DNA of 64,000 nucleotides from Tubulanus polymorphus (Eukaryota; Animalia; Nemertea): NCBI RefSeq assembly GCF_964204645.1, contig NC_134033.1, positions 1,632,131 to 1,696,130 of the forward strand, read 5' to 3'. Shown piece by piece: positions 52,773 to 64,000 of this stretch (position 1 is its first letter; each line of letters starts with the position of its first letter). The notes under the pieces were generated by a model. It saw only the letters and a program-made list of their open reading frames with translations, ran no database searches and was not told where the DNA came from. The position numbers and the translations under genes were made by a program.

Positions 52773-54454
52773 AATCCGCCTCTGGCAATCGATCGAGTCA
52801 ATTACAGACATGCGAGTGAATAGTCGCCACACGTGACCGGTCACCACACTGACCAGATAAACTCACTAGCTCACCTAGACTAGCGGATAGGGGTTACGGT
52901 TGACATGATGGAGGTCAGGGGTTCGAATCTCAATTTTTTTTCAGCTAGCATGTATTGAAGTAACTAAGCTTTTATTAGAAATCTTCCTTAAATATTCGTT
53001 AAATATTCATTTGTCCACTTTTTGTTGCCCTTTGTAGTCATCGATGTAGTATGTTGGGCCAACTTGAAATGAAATGGCAAAGAATTGCTTACCGTTCGTC
53101 TTAACGATCATAAATGTGCCCACACCAAAGAAGACTTTCCGACTCGAACAGATATCCATCACTGCGTTCTAAAAAACATTTTAACGTTTTTTTTCTCCGA
53201 ACTTTAAACTACCCGACGCAGGCGCGGATCTAGGTGGTATTAAAGTTCTTCTGGAAGACCCTCAAAATTTTAAGTGCCCTCAAAAAGTTTTGCTCGCAAA
53301 ATTTCATGACTCAAAATGCAGGAAATGGCTTCAAATCAGTGCTCGAATCTCAAAATTTTCTGGAGGCCTCAGAACCCCCGGAAGGTCTCGCGCTGAAGGA
53401 GTGTTAGCCTCGCGCACTGCACTCGGTGTGTTATCAGAGACCTTTTCTTTTAGGTATGGCCCTAGAATTCTGAGAAGACCCTCAGATTTACCCCTAGCTA
53501 GATCAGCCTCTGCGACGTAGCACTGTATACATGGACGAAAACTTGAAGGCATCGCTCAATTCAAAATGGAAAAGGGCTTACGGAACAGATTTGGCGAAAC
53601 GGATTTCTATATCGGTTATGTTGAAAATACGCACTTACCGAATATGTTTTATTGCGGAGGTTTTAGTAGTTTCGTGGTGTATATGTTTCGTCGTCATTAC
53701 TCCACGTAGGCCCGCAGTGTCGCAGGTCGAATGGAGGGGTGCGTCCATGCGTCAATCTTCAATACCTTTCCTAGTATCGACCTTTGCTAAATCTCAGTCG
53801 TGTGGCCTCATTTCAATACCGAAGCGCACGGGTCCGATTGAGCACCGCGAGCCATTGTGAAGAAAAGTCGAGCAATTCCTCCGCTGACCCAAATGGACAC
53901 AATGAAGATGACTTCAGCGATTTGAAATGAATAGGTTACAATCGAATTCAAAGATGCTTACATGTACATGAAAATGCTGGGTTTTGTTTAGACTTGTCGG
54001 AAGAAAAAATATCCCAAAACTGATACCACGAAAAATTGATTTCAAAGTAGTATCAAAATCGAAAGCTGAAGAAAATGAATCATAACATTCTTTGAATTTC
54101 AAATATATCATTTGAAGGACACATGCCGGATAAAACCGGGTCGGCCTCTGGCAATCGAGCTTTTACCGCCTGGTGCTGCCCCTTGAATTACTACTCAGGC
54201 AGTCGAGGCTAATACCAGCCGGTGCTGCCACTGGTAATCGAGCAATCCCACCGCCTAGTGCTGCTCTCTAGCAGTTTCCCCTGGCAATCGAGCGCGCTAC
54301 CGCCCGGAGCTGCCCAAATTATCCTTTGGCAATCGAGTACAGTCGAGAATTATTACATCTTGGAGTCAACCATTTTGCTCGGTAAATTTAGCGTATGCAA
54401 AAAGAAAACACGAAATTTGCAGATATATTTTTTCAACCGATCTCGGAATCAATA

Positions 54455-57400
54455 ATGGACAAACAAATCGACAAATACGCGCAGAAATTGGTGAGTGCAG
54501 AGGAGGAGGAATATCTGGCCGAATATCTTACTTATACTGCAGCAGAAGATCAATTAATTATCTCGAAATATTGCAGCAACTTCGAGTGATCAAATTTGAA
54601 AGCATTTTATTTTAAACAGTTAGTTACCTAATCGTTGGTGGTAAGAAGCTTTGAATCGGATGGGCTTTGTGTGAAAATATCCGATCGTGAAACTAAACAT
54701 CAGACAGGGTTACTGACTAGGGGGTAGTCTAGACTCCTAGTACCTAGCCGTTGTTCCTGAAACAAGTTGTAGGGAACCGTAACAACGACTGGTATTCAGA
54801 CTAACTAGGGGGTCTCTGACCTTGTCCTTGGTCTTCTGGCATTAGCCGTAGATGGTGGAGAGAGGACAAAATGTCTAATGAAAGGACGAGAAATACTTTT
54901 TTGATGATTTAAATCTATCTGTAATTTGAGGTAACTAAATTTCAGGCATTTTCGAAATTCGTCGCTTCGAAGCTCGGACAACAATGGCTTAGCCCGGAAA
55001 ACGATGGCGGTCATCTTGGCGCGGAAGATCGAATTTGGATTTGTTGCAATCGAGAATGTCGCGAACAGAAACTGATCCATCAACATTGCGCCGAAAAACA
55101 CAAACACGAAATCAAACTTGAGGCCGATAAATATCTGATTGACGGCACGGAGGACGCTAGGTACGCTTCCCTTAAACCTTTCAGTGTCTCTACTTCACGG
55201 TGCGGTGTATAAATCGGTGATTGTCATTGTTAGTACGCAGCACTGCGGTGTTATGATGTTTAGTTGTTATCCCATTGAAAGATAGCAGCATCTGTCAAAC
55301 ATTGTGAAATATTAGTAAATAACGATACACCGCACCGCGGTGTAGATGCACTACAGCGGTATGCAATCCATACACTGCACTGTGTTGGAATTTTTCTTTT
55401 GATTTCAAATCATCTCCAGCGCTCGAGGGTATATTATGAATTAGTCAGAAGTGAATGGCTTTGAAATCGACATATTTCGTAAATGGCTGTTTCAGATGGC
55501 GAGTTTTGAGGCCGAAAAAGGTAGAAATCGTCTCCGACAATCGTGAAGAAAATTCCGAATTGCCGTGGTTACCCGACCCAGTAGATGACGAGTCCTCTTC
55601 ATCAGACACCGGTCAAATATTGTTATATTATAAATATCGGTAAGGCCAGTCTAAACTCATTTTGCTCCAGTTCTACAGTCGAGGCTTTGAATAAGACCAT
55701 GCTTAGCTTATTTTGGTCCAATTCCGTGGATGACACTTAGATAAGAACAGTCTAAGTGTTGAATTAAGTCCAATCTTCAAATTGAAGCCCAAAGGTTTAA
55801 ATTCGAAGTTCATTCAACCCATGTTTTTTTTTTCAAATAAATTCAATGTAATACATTTGCAGGTGGATAGAGGACCCGGATGGTTTACTGTCCTGGCAAA
55901 CACAACTGTGCGAACGACTTCAACTCACTGGAAAGGTTCGTCTTAAAACACATTGTAACCGTTAAAAAAGAATTATCAGCAAAACATGATTCGCGTATTT
56001 TCTGCAGGTTCGAATCGGTATTGAAGGAATAAACGGAACTGTAGGGGGCAGCACCGCATCGACGGAAACGTACATCGACGCGATGCTAAAACACAAACTA
56101 TTTTCTGAAATGACGCGCGAAGATTTCAAGGTAAGAAATATAATTATCAGTTAGTTATTGAGGAAAGATGTCTACCTCCCTAAATCCCCCTATGACATCA
56201 TTAAATATCTTCTAGCCCTTCTAGATAATCTGCAAAGTCCTTCCAAAAAAAGATGGCTGCCGCAAAATCCTCCTATGACATCATCAAAAAGATGTGGTGA
56301 TATACTTTCAGTGAAGATGGCTGCCTCCTTTTATATCTTTGTTGATAGGGGATTTCACTTCGAAAAATTCGAACCATAGACCTTTTTAGACAAAAGATGG
56401 CCACCTTTATAGACCCCCTGTGACATCACACATATTTTTTTTTCAGAAAAGTCCGGGCTCGGCAGCGGATTTTTCATGCGGACTCAAAATTGGCATTTAC
56501 AAAGAAATCGTACCGATGGGAATCGAACCAACGGAGATTCAATTCTCCGAATCAAGTCGGTGTAATTTTAACGATTATATTCCGCGCAATGTCATAACAG
56601 CTTAACCGGCTTAAAACCCTTTCAGTGCCGACTAACTTGTACCCGAGATGTTATCTTATGCTGGAGATGTTATCTTATTGCTGGAGATATTATCTTAATT
56701 AGAAAGTTTAAATTAATCATAATTTGCACTTTTTGAAAAAACTCCACCTCAATGCGGTGTATCATCAGTCACTAAAATTTCTGTATGCTCGACAGATTCT
56801 GCTATCTTTCAATAGAAACGAAAACTAATTACATCGATACATCGCACTGCATTGCAGTGCTGCCTTATTTCAATAGAAATAAAAACTAATTACATCAATA
56901 CACCGCACTGGAGTGTAAACGCACTGATAGGGTTAAGTAGGTTTGATTGTTTTTAGATATGAGTTTTTGAGAATTTGTTTTATTTTTGCGTCGTCAGGCG
57001 ATCATTTGTCTCCGGAAGAATTCAACCGAAAAGTCGAAGCGCATTTACAACAATCGGACGACGAACGACGAGACACGGTGTTAATCGATTGTCGAAATTT
57101 CTACGAAACCAAAATCGTACGTGTATTTCTAAGAATTTGAAAATTTGTAAAAATTCTATCAAATCGAAAAAAGTTTTCAGCCGAAATGTGTTCAAGTTAT
57201 CATGCTATCGATGTAACAAAAATAGATTTTAAACTGAGTTCTAAACAGATTCTTCACCAAGTTAATCAAAAACCTTTTACTGAGTTGAGTTAAACAAAAG
57301 TAATTTTTACCAAGTAAGACAAATATAGTTTTTCATAGGGGATCATTCATTTATTACGTACGCATAAAATTTGAATTTTTCAACCCCCCCCCTCCCCCTC

Positions 57401-59155
57401 TGTACGCAAAATCGGCCATTTTTTCATATATATTAATAGCATTACAGTACGCAATTGCACTGACCCCTCCCCTTCCCCTAATGTGTACGTAATAAATGAA
57501 TGACCCTAGAATGAAAGAGTGAGTTAAGGTTGAAAAAAATTCATGCCTTGTTTCTCATTTCTGGCGAGTTTAAAAGTTCACCCGGCCACCCGCCTATCTA
57601 CCCTGTACATGACTTTTAAAATCATGATCAAGCCAACAATAACAGACCCGGCAGTTATAGAAATGAACTGATAACAAATTTCAATTCCGTTTACAAAATT
57701 TCTGTTCCATTAGGAGAAGAAAGGTATCAGTTTTTTAGGCTAAACGAAAACAATTATAGAGCTCCCTCGAATCGAGTTGACTAAATTTCACTCAGTTTCG
57801 TGTGAAGATTATCAAAACCACAGCGTTGGATTTTCGTGTTCTCAATTTTTGCGACAGGGTAAATTCGAAGGCGCCGTGACGCCCGATATCAGGAAGTTCA
57901 GCTATTGGCCGGAATACGTGGATAAAAATATCGATTTGTTCGAAAATAAAGACGTGTTGATGTATTGCACCGGAGGGATACGTTGTGAACGAGGCTCCGC
58001 TTACCTCAAATCAAAGGTAAATTCATTGTTCGTGGTCCTTACGGATCAGTGAAATCGGGGAGTTCCAACTTTTCTTGATTATCAGGATCAAGTCAGGGAA
58101 TTTGAATTTTTGATGTCTTGTTGTTCTTGCTGGTGACGAGTGACACAAGGAACCTCTTGATAACAGACAGGCCTCATTGAGGATTTATAATTCAATCAGG
58201 GATTTTGAATTTTTGGTGTCTTGTTGTTGATGAGTGACACAAGGAACCTCTTGATAAGAAACAGCCCTCACTGAGGATATCTCATAATTTAATCAGGCAA
58301 TTCGAGTTTTTGGTGTCTTGTTGTTCTTGCTGGTGACAAGTGACACGAGGATTCTTGATTTCATTTCGTAGGGAATTTGTAGAAATATCTATCAGTTGAA
58401 AGGAGGAATTCATCGTTATATAGAACGGTTTCCGAACGGACTATACCGTGGTAAATTATTCGTATTCGATGACCGCAACAGCATCCAATCAAACGATGAC
58501 GTTATTTCTAGTAAGTAGTTTATCGATCAACCCCTACCCAGGGGACGGTTCCCGGACAATATCCGAGTCTCATCAAATCAATCAGAATATTAGCACTCCA
58601 GCAGTAGTAGCGTCTTTCGACCGGAAAAGCTTCCTTTTTTTGAGGATTTTTGATAAAATCCTACCGTTTTTCGACAACATTACTCAACCTTTGCAATATT
58701 ACGAGCCTTTTATTTAAAGGGCAGCCAAAAATTTTCGGGGCCTACATAAGTCTCTCTAGATCACCTGGAGCTGTATTGGGGGTCTAATTTAACCCAAAAC
58801 TAGCCCTGATTATTGTCCAAGTTATTTTTTTTTCGTTATTATCGGTCGCATTTAAAGCAATTAAGAAAATGAACCCAAAAATATTTGAAAAATTAAAATT
58901 TTCATCATTGTAGAATGTCAGTATTGCTCGTCGCCGTGGGATACGTATGTTCAGTGTACGTCTGCTCATTGTCGTCTGCTGGTTTTGTCATGTGACACGT
59001 GTCGGCGAGATCGTCAACTGACGACGTGCTGTCGTAATTGCACGGATAACACTAAAAGTGGCCGGGAACAGTGCGCGTGTACGGAACAGCGTGTTCGGAT
59101 TCCGATTGAGAATAGCTATAAACCGGTTCATCACGAGTCCGAAGAGTCCAGTTGA
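54455..59155 (+). CDS. TSTD2: Thiosulfate sulfurtransferase/rhodanese-like domain-containing protein 2 (TrhO family)
   Basis: Exons 54455-54490 (alternative in-frame ATG at 54395), 54946-55160, 55496-55639, 55863-55935, 56008-56130, 56447-56555, 56998-57116, 57858-58016, 58372-58510 and 58914-59155. Motifs GKVRIGIEGINGTVGG, IDCRNFYETKIGKF, MYCTGGIRCE, YQLKGGIHRY and GKLFVFDDR. Confidence 0.93.
56617..56932. mobile_element. piggyBac-like non-autonomous element
   Basis: Termini ccctttcagtgc / gcactgataggg with TTAA-like flanks. A related inverted partial copy lies at about 55177-55380. Confidence 0.55.
57338..57506. mobile_element. MITE with TIRs of about 23 bp
   Basis: gggatcattcatttattacgtac / gtacgtaataaatgaatgaccc, with TAG on both flanks. 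Confidence 0.65.
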
Positions 59156-60084
59156 CGTCAGTTTCTTCGGACTCATCTTCGGAGTAATAATCAGTGGCGA
59201 CTCCACGGGGTGCCTTTTTCGGCCGAGTGACCTTGGAATTTTCTCCCAAAGATTTCTATTTAGAAACTGGTGAAATTGTGAGCACATTCCATTCAATATT
59301 TCAACGAGGAAAGTGCTTAGGATGAACTTATAGATACATCTATTTGGGAGGACTGGTTCCTGGGGTCAGTTCCACGGTCACGGCTTAAACCTAAGACCAG
59401 TCTAAGACGATTTCAGGTCTATAACCAATCTAACAACTTGAGACCAGTCTAAGCTCATTTTGGTTCTATAATCAATCTAACAATTTAAGACCAGTCTAAG
59501 ACGATTTCAGGTCTATAGCCAATCTATCAACTTAAGATCAGTCTAAGCTCATTTTGGTTCTATAACCGATTTAACAACTTAAGACCAGTCTAAGCTCATT
59601 TTGGTTCTATAGCCAATCTAACAACTTAAGACCAGTGTTAAGGTTTTAGACCATTTCGGAAGTTCCGACTTCGGAACCGACCACTGGGGTTTACTTAAAC
59701 TATCTGTCGATTAACTCAGCCATTCGGTTAAAGTTTAAATTTAAGCCCTATGTTCAGCAGGTCGTGTGCAAGTTCCGTGCTTGAGTGTGATTTTAATCTG
59801 ACTCTTAATCAGTCTCAACTCTATAACTATTCTATATATCTGAATACAATTTATTTATATATACGTAACATAAAAATATATATATATATATTAGTAATAA
59901 TAAATTTTTAGCTGTTCGAATGGAATTTTTTTAGTTGACTGGATCTCATTGTATGAAGTAACACATCTTTGGAAACGTCATCTTATTGGAATTGGTTCAT
60001 CTGCTGTCTGACGTCTGCTGTCTGACAGATGCTCAGTTTCCACTCACTATCTCATCGTCAACAATGCGGATATAAGGACCATGT

Positions 60085-60482
60085 TCCACAGTTAGACGTG
60101 GATCCAGTTCTACAGTTCTGAACCCAGTTCCACCGTTCAGGATCCAGTTCTGTAGTTTTGAATCCAGTTCCACAGTTCTGGACCCAGTTACACAGTAGTT
60201 CTAAACACAGTTCAGGATCCAGTTCTGTAGTTTTGAATCCAGTTCCACAGTTCTGGACCCAGTTCCACAGTTCTGGATCCAGTTACACAGTAGTTCTAAA
60301 CACAGTTCAGGATCCAGTTCTGTAGTTTTGAATCCAGTTCCAAAGTTCTGGACCCAGTTCCACAGTTCTGGATCCAGTTACACAGTAGTTCTAAACACAG
60401 TTCTGAACCCAGTTCCACCGTTCAGGATCCAGTTCTGTAGTTTTGAATCCAGTTCCACAGTTCTGGATCCAGTGACACAGTT
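60085..60482. repeat. ccagttccacagtt satellite with higher-order structure
   Basis: Subunits of about 20 bp arranged in repeating blocks. Confidence 0.85.
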
Positions 60483-60852
60483 GTTCAAGATTGACTCCTT
60501 ACTGATAAATCAGTTCATATATTATAAATTTTTTACCCTTATAGAATCTTAACCAGGTGCTGTGAAACTGCATTCATAGATCTCGGAAAGGCCTGAATTT
60601 TAGGGATTATTCAATTTTAACAACAACCGTTATTTAAATTCAAAGACAATAGAAAACCGTAGAACTGGGTCTCGAGTTGGAATTGTTTGTTATTACGAGC
60701 AGTACGCCTGAAAATAAAGAAATGGGTTTCAAAGTTTGTTGAATTGCTGTTGATTTAACTAACTACAGGGACCAAGATTGAGTATCCCCTTATCATTGGA
60801 CGGTCCTTCATCTCTTACCTGTAAAGGGTCCATACCGTGATGTTGTTTGCTG

Positions 60853-63800
60853 TTAAATAGGCTGGACTGCTGCAGTCGCTGAATGGGCTTTCCTGAAACG
60901 AAAGTAAATGAAACAAAAATGTCATAGAATGTTCATCCCAATCATTGATATCCATTACAATACGTGCTGAGGGGCCGGTTGCATAGTCATGGTTCAAGAC
61001 CAGTTTAAGACCAACTTAGTTCTATAGCCAATCTAACCACTTAAGACCAGTCTTAAGATTTAAAACCACTTTTGGACTGTGCAACTGGCCCCAGGAGAGG
61101 AAGGGGCCAAAAAAGGCCATTTCTTCCCCTATGTTAACACGATAAGAAGGTCGCAAAATCAGCGAGATTTATGTAGGCCCCTTCAGTAAGCCTAACTTGG
61201 ACAAACTGCCCCTGGCTAAAATTGATCCAAATTAAGCGAATTACGAGTTCGGGTTTAGAGAATACATTAGCGTTGTCAGAGTGAGTAAGAAATGCAAGTT
61301 GGCCGTGTCTGAGTTCATGAAATCAACCGAATATGAAACTGTTAGGAGGGTTGATATTAACGTTTTCGCTTCCCATAAAACTCTTTGAATTGATTCAGGG
61401 TTCCTACAGCCCCTAAAATTCCCTGGAATTCTTTTTTCTAGGGGAGAAATACCCTAAAATTCTGGCTTTTATACCTCAGGTCCCTAAAATTCTGTAAAAA
61501 GATTTATGATCATTTTCGAATGTGATGCTGTATGAAAAAGGTCATCAGCAGGCTATTATATTCCTTCGAATTGGATTTAAGTTAGTAGCTCAATTCAGTT
61601 TATTGTTTCAACTGGTCATCGTAGATGTAATTAAGTAAAGTATGCAAGCAGACCAATACGAAGGCCTATTTAGTTGTACTGGCTGGTCGAGGAATTGTTT
61701 ACCGGTACTACCCAGGGAGCATCTTCACCCGTCAAGGGATTCGAACCCACTACGCTAAAGCTGTTCCCCGAACCCCTTGACCTCACGAGTCGTTGGAGTC
61801 GTTACTAGCCGACCAGAATCCGGTCGTACCAATCACAGCGCTTGTAACAAACCGTCAGTAGACTTCTGTTGGTTTTCCCGTTAAATTGACCAATCAGCGA
61901 ACGTTTTACCGAACAAGGAAGTATTTCGCAAATCGATATATGACGTCATGCGCAACAGCGCCAGTAATGAAATCACGCTTCGTGAGGCCAGGGGGCTGGT
62001 GGAAGCGAGTCCGGGAGTGATACCGGACCCCTGGCAAGCGAGGATGCCCAGGGAGGTGATAGATCATCGATCACCTGCTTACTGTTCCAGAAAGCACTAG
62101 TTAAATACTGGTCATATAATCTGCATTCACACTACCACTAGTTTGAATTTATGAATTATGTCGTAACTCTCTTCAACTCACCGAGCTCGATTTCAAACTT
62201 ACTTGTAAATAACGAAGGCGATTATGCCAGCTATTATCAATACGGCAATCGGCACGCAGACACCGACCGCAATAGTTGAACCTGTATCTAGACCTCCGGT
62301 GTTGGCCGCAGTAGCTCCATCACGTGAGGGATCAGTCGTTATTGTAGATCCCGGGGTCAATGTTGCTGATGTGTTGGCGACAGGAAATACAGACGTGTTT
62401 GAAGTTGCTGTTGGGGCAACAACAGTAGTGTTCAAAGTTGCAGTTGGCGCAATAGTGCTGGAAGGTGCAATTGGCCCAGTAGTGTTTGAAGTCGGAATTG
62501 GCGCAATAGTGCTGGCAGGTGCAACTGGCCCAGTAGTGTTAGAAGTCGTAATTGGCGCAATAGTGCTGGAAGGTGCAACTGGCCCAGTAGTGTTAGAAGT
62601 CGCAATTGGCCCACTGGTGCTGGAAGGTGCAATTGGCGCAATAGTGCTGGAAGGTGCAATTGACCCACTAATGTTAGAAGTCACAATTGGCCCACTAGTG
62701 CTGGAAGTTGCAGTTGGCCCACTAGCGCTGGAAGTTGCAATTTGCCCACTTAAGCTAGATGTGACTATTGACCCACTAGTGCTGGAAGGTGCAGTTGACC
62801 CACTAGTGCTGGAAGGTGCAATTGACCCACTTTGGTTAGAAGTCACAATTGACCCATTAGTGCTGGAAGGTGCAGTTGGCCCACTAGTGCTGGAAGGTGC
62901 AATTGGCCCACTAGTGCTGGAAGGTGCAATTGGCCCAGTAGTGATGGAAGGTGCAATTGGCCCACTAGAGCTGGAAGGTGCAATTGGCCCAGTAGTCATG
63001 GAAGTTGCACTTGCAACAAATGATATTGTCGAAAGCAATACTGAAAAAAAAACGTGATAGGCAATTTAATTAAGGTTTCAGAAAACATGACTCAAGTTCA
63101 ATTAATTTTCAATTATTCAATACATTTACATCTATATAAACATTTCAACATTTGATATCAATCACCAGGGGGAGTGAGAGGCTGGTGATTGACATCAGAC
63201 GTTAAACATGCATCATAGCTAAACTGGTACCATAGTCTGTTTACCAGATGATGTATTGGTTCCCTTGTTTCAGGAACGACAGCTTGAATATCTTATTGAC
63301 TGCTTGGTAATTTACGCTTTGGCAATGCTGGGAATGAAATCCAATCCTTAATGGCTTAAGGGAACCAGAAATTCTGTTTGTTATAACCGATAGTTCTATA
63401 TACAGCGGAACCTCGTTACAACGAACTTCAGGAGACCAGAAAATCTGTTCGCTATAACCGATAGTTCTATATACAGCGGAACCTCGTTACAACGAATTTC
63501 AGGAGACCAGAAAATCTGTTCGTTATAACCGATAGTTCTATATACAGCGGAACTTAGTTACAATGAACTTCAGGAGACCAGAAAATCCGTTCGTTATAAC
63601 CGATAGTTCTATATACAGCGGAACTTAGTTACAATGAACTTCAGGAGACCAGAAAATCCGTCCGTTATAACTAATAGTTCTATATACAGCGGAACCTCGT
63701 TACAACAAACTTCAGGAGACCAGAAAATCTGTTCTTGGGATGAAATTCTAAGTTTGTTATAACGAGATTCCACTGTATGAGAGGTTTAAAACTCGGGCAG

Positions 63801-63869
63801 TCTGAAACATTGATCCAGGCATTGTGACTTACCTAAAATAAAGCACAAGAATATTCTTGCAGGCATCAT
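60853..63869 (-). CDS. Mucin-like type I membrane glycoprotein, about 304 aa
   Basis: Exons 63869-63833 and 63040-62203 give a signal peptide (MMPARIFLCFILVLLSTISFVAS), 10-aa S/T/P repeats (GPIAPSSTSG) and a TM segment (IAVGVCVPIAVLIIAGIIAFVIY). The likely last coding exon 60892-60853 ends KKAHSATAAVQPI*; the 3' end is less certain. Confidence 0.82.
63360..63778. mobile_element. 71-bp tandem array of a pogo/Tigger-like MITE left end, closed by one complete MITE
   Basis: Units start TA-cagcggaacctcgttacaac at 63401, 63472, 63543, 63614 and 63685. A single right TIR gttataacgagattccactg-TA ends at 63778. Confidence 0.75.
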
Positions 63870-64000
63870 TTTGATTATCAAAATTCCGGATGAAAACAAA
63901 TATCCGCAGTTCCCCTTTAGTCTCGGAGTTTGGATTCAAATGGTTTTTTTTTTTCACTAACGTCTGTCGTGTTGTTCGACCCAAACATTGTCGTCGCTCG

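Noticed and set aside
62224-63057. 277-aa plus-strand ORF
   Set aside because: Antisense shadow of the mucin-like exon; the splice signals, signal peptide and TM segment all support the minus strand.

Overview
AT-rich, intron-containing eukaryotic DNA. An invertebrate, lophotrochozoan-like animal is my inference; the species cannot be determined from the sequence. I rebuilt the spliced genes by hand from GT..AG sites and reading-frame continuity. In order they are: two tandem secreted single-VWD-domain genes, a prolyl 4-hydroxylase alpha, an intronless FMRFamide-receptor-like GPCR, a catalytically dead MINDY4B-like gene, three tandem small secreted-peptide genes that the ORF track does not call, a phospholipid scramblase, a secreted FN3-only protein (- strand), an internally deleted GPCR pseudogene, TSTD2 and a mucin-like type I membrane protein (- strand). 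Two things stand out. (1) At 34.9-43.7 kb there is a toxin-like cluster. Two genes encode 49-aa precursors of inhibitor-cystine-knot (C-C-CC-C-C) peptides with nearly identical signal exons but hypervariable mature exons. A middle paralog places a Cys-free peptide behind a homologous signal exon. (2) There is a family of minimal hammerhead-ribozyme motifs of the Penelope-like/retrozyme type. It includes an 8-copy 69-bp array at 46.1-46.7 kb, a TSD-flanked insertion at 15.55-15.78 kb and a decayed satellite at 0.86-1.2 kb. MITEs, minisatellites and a LINE 3' remnant fill the introns and intergenic space.
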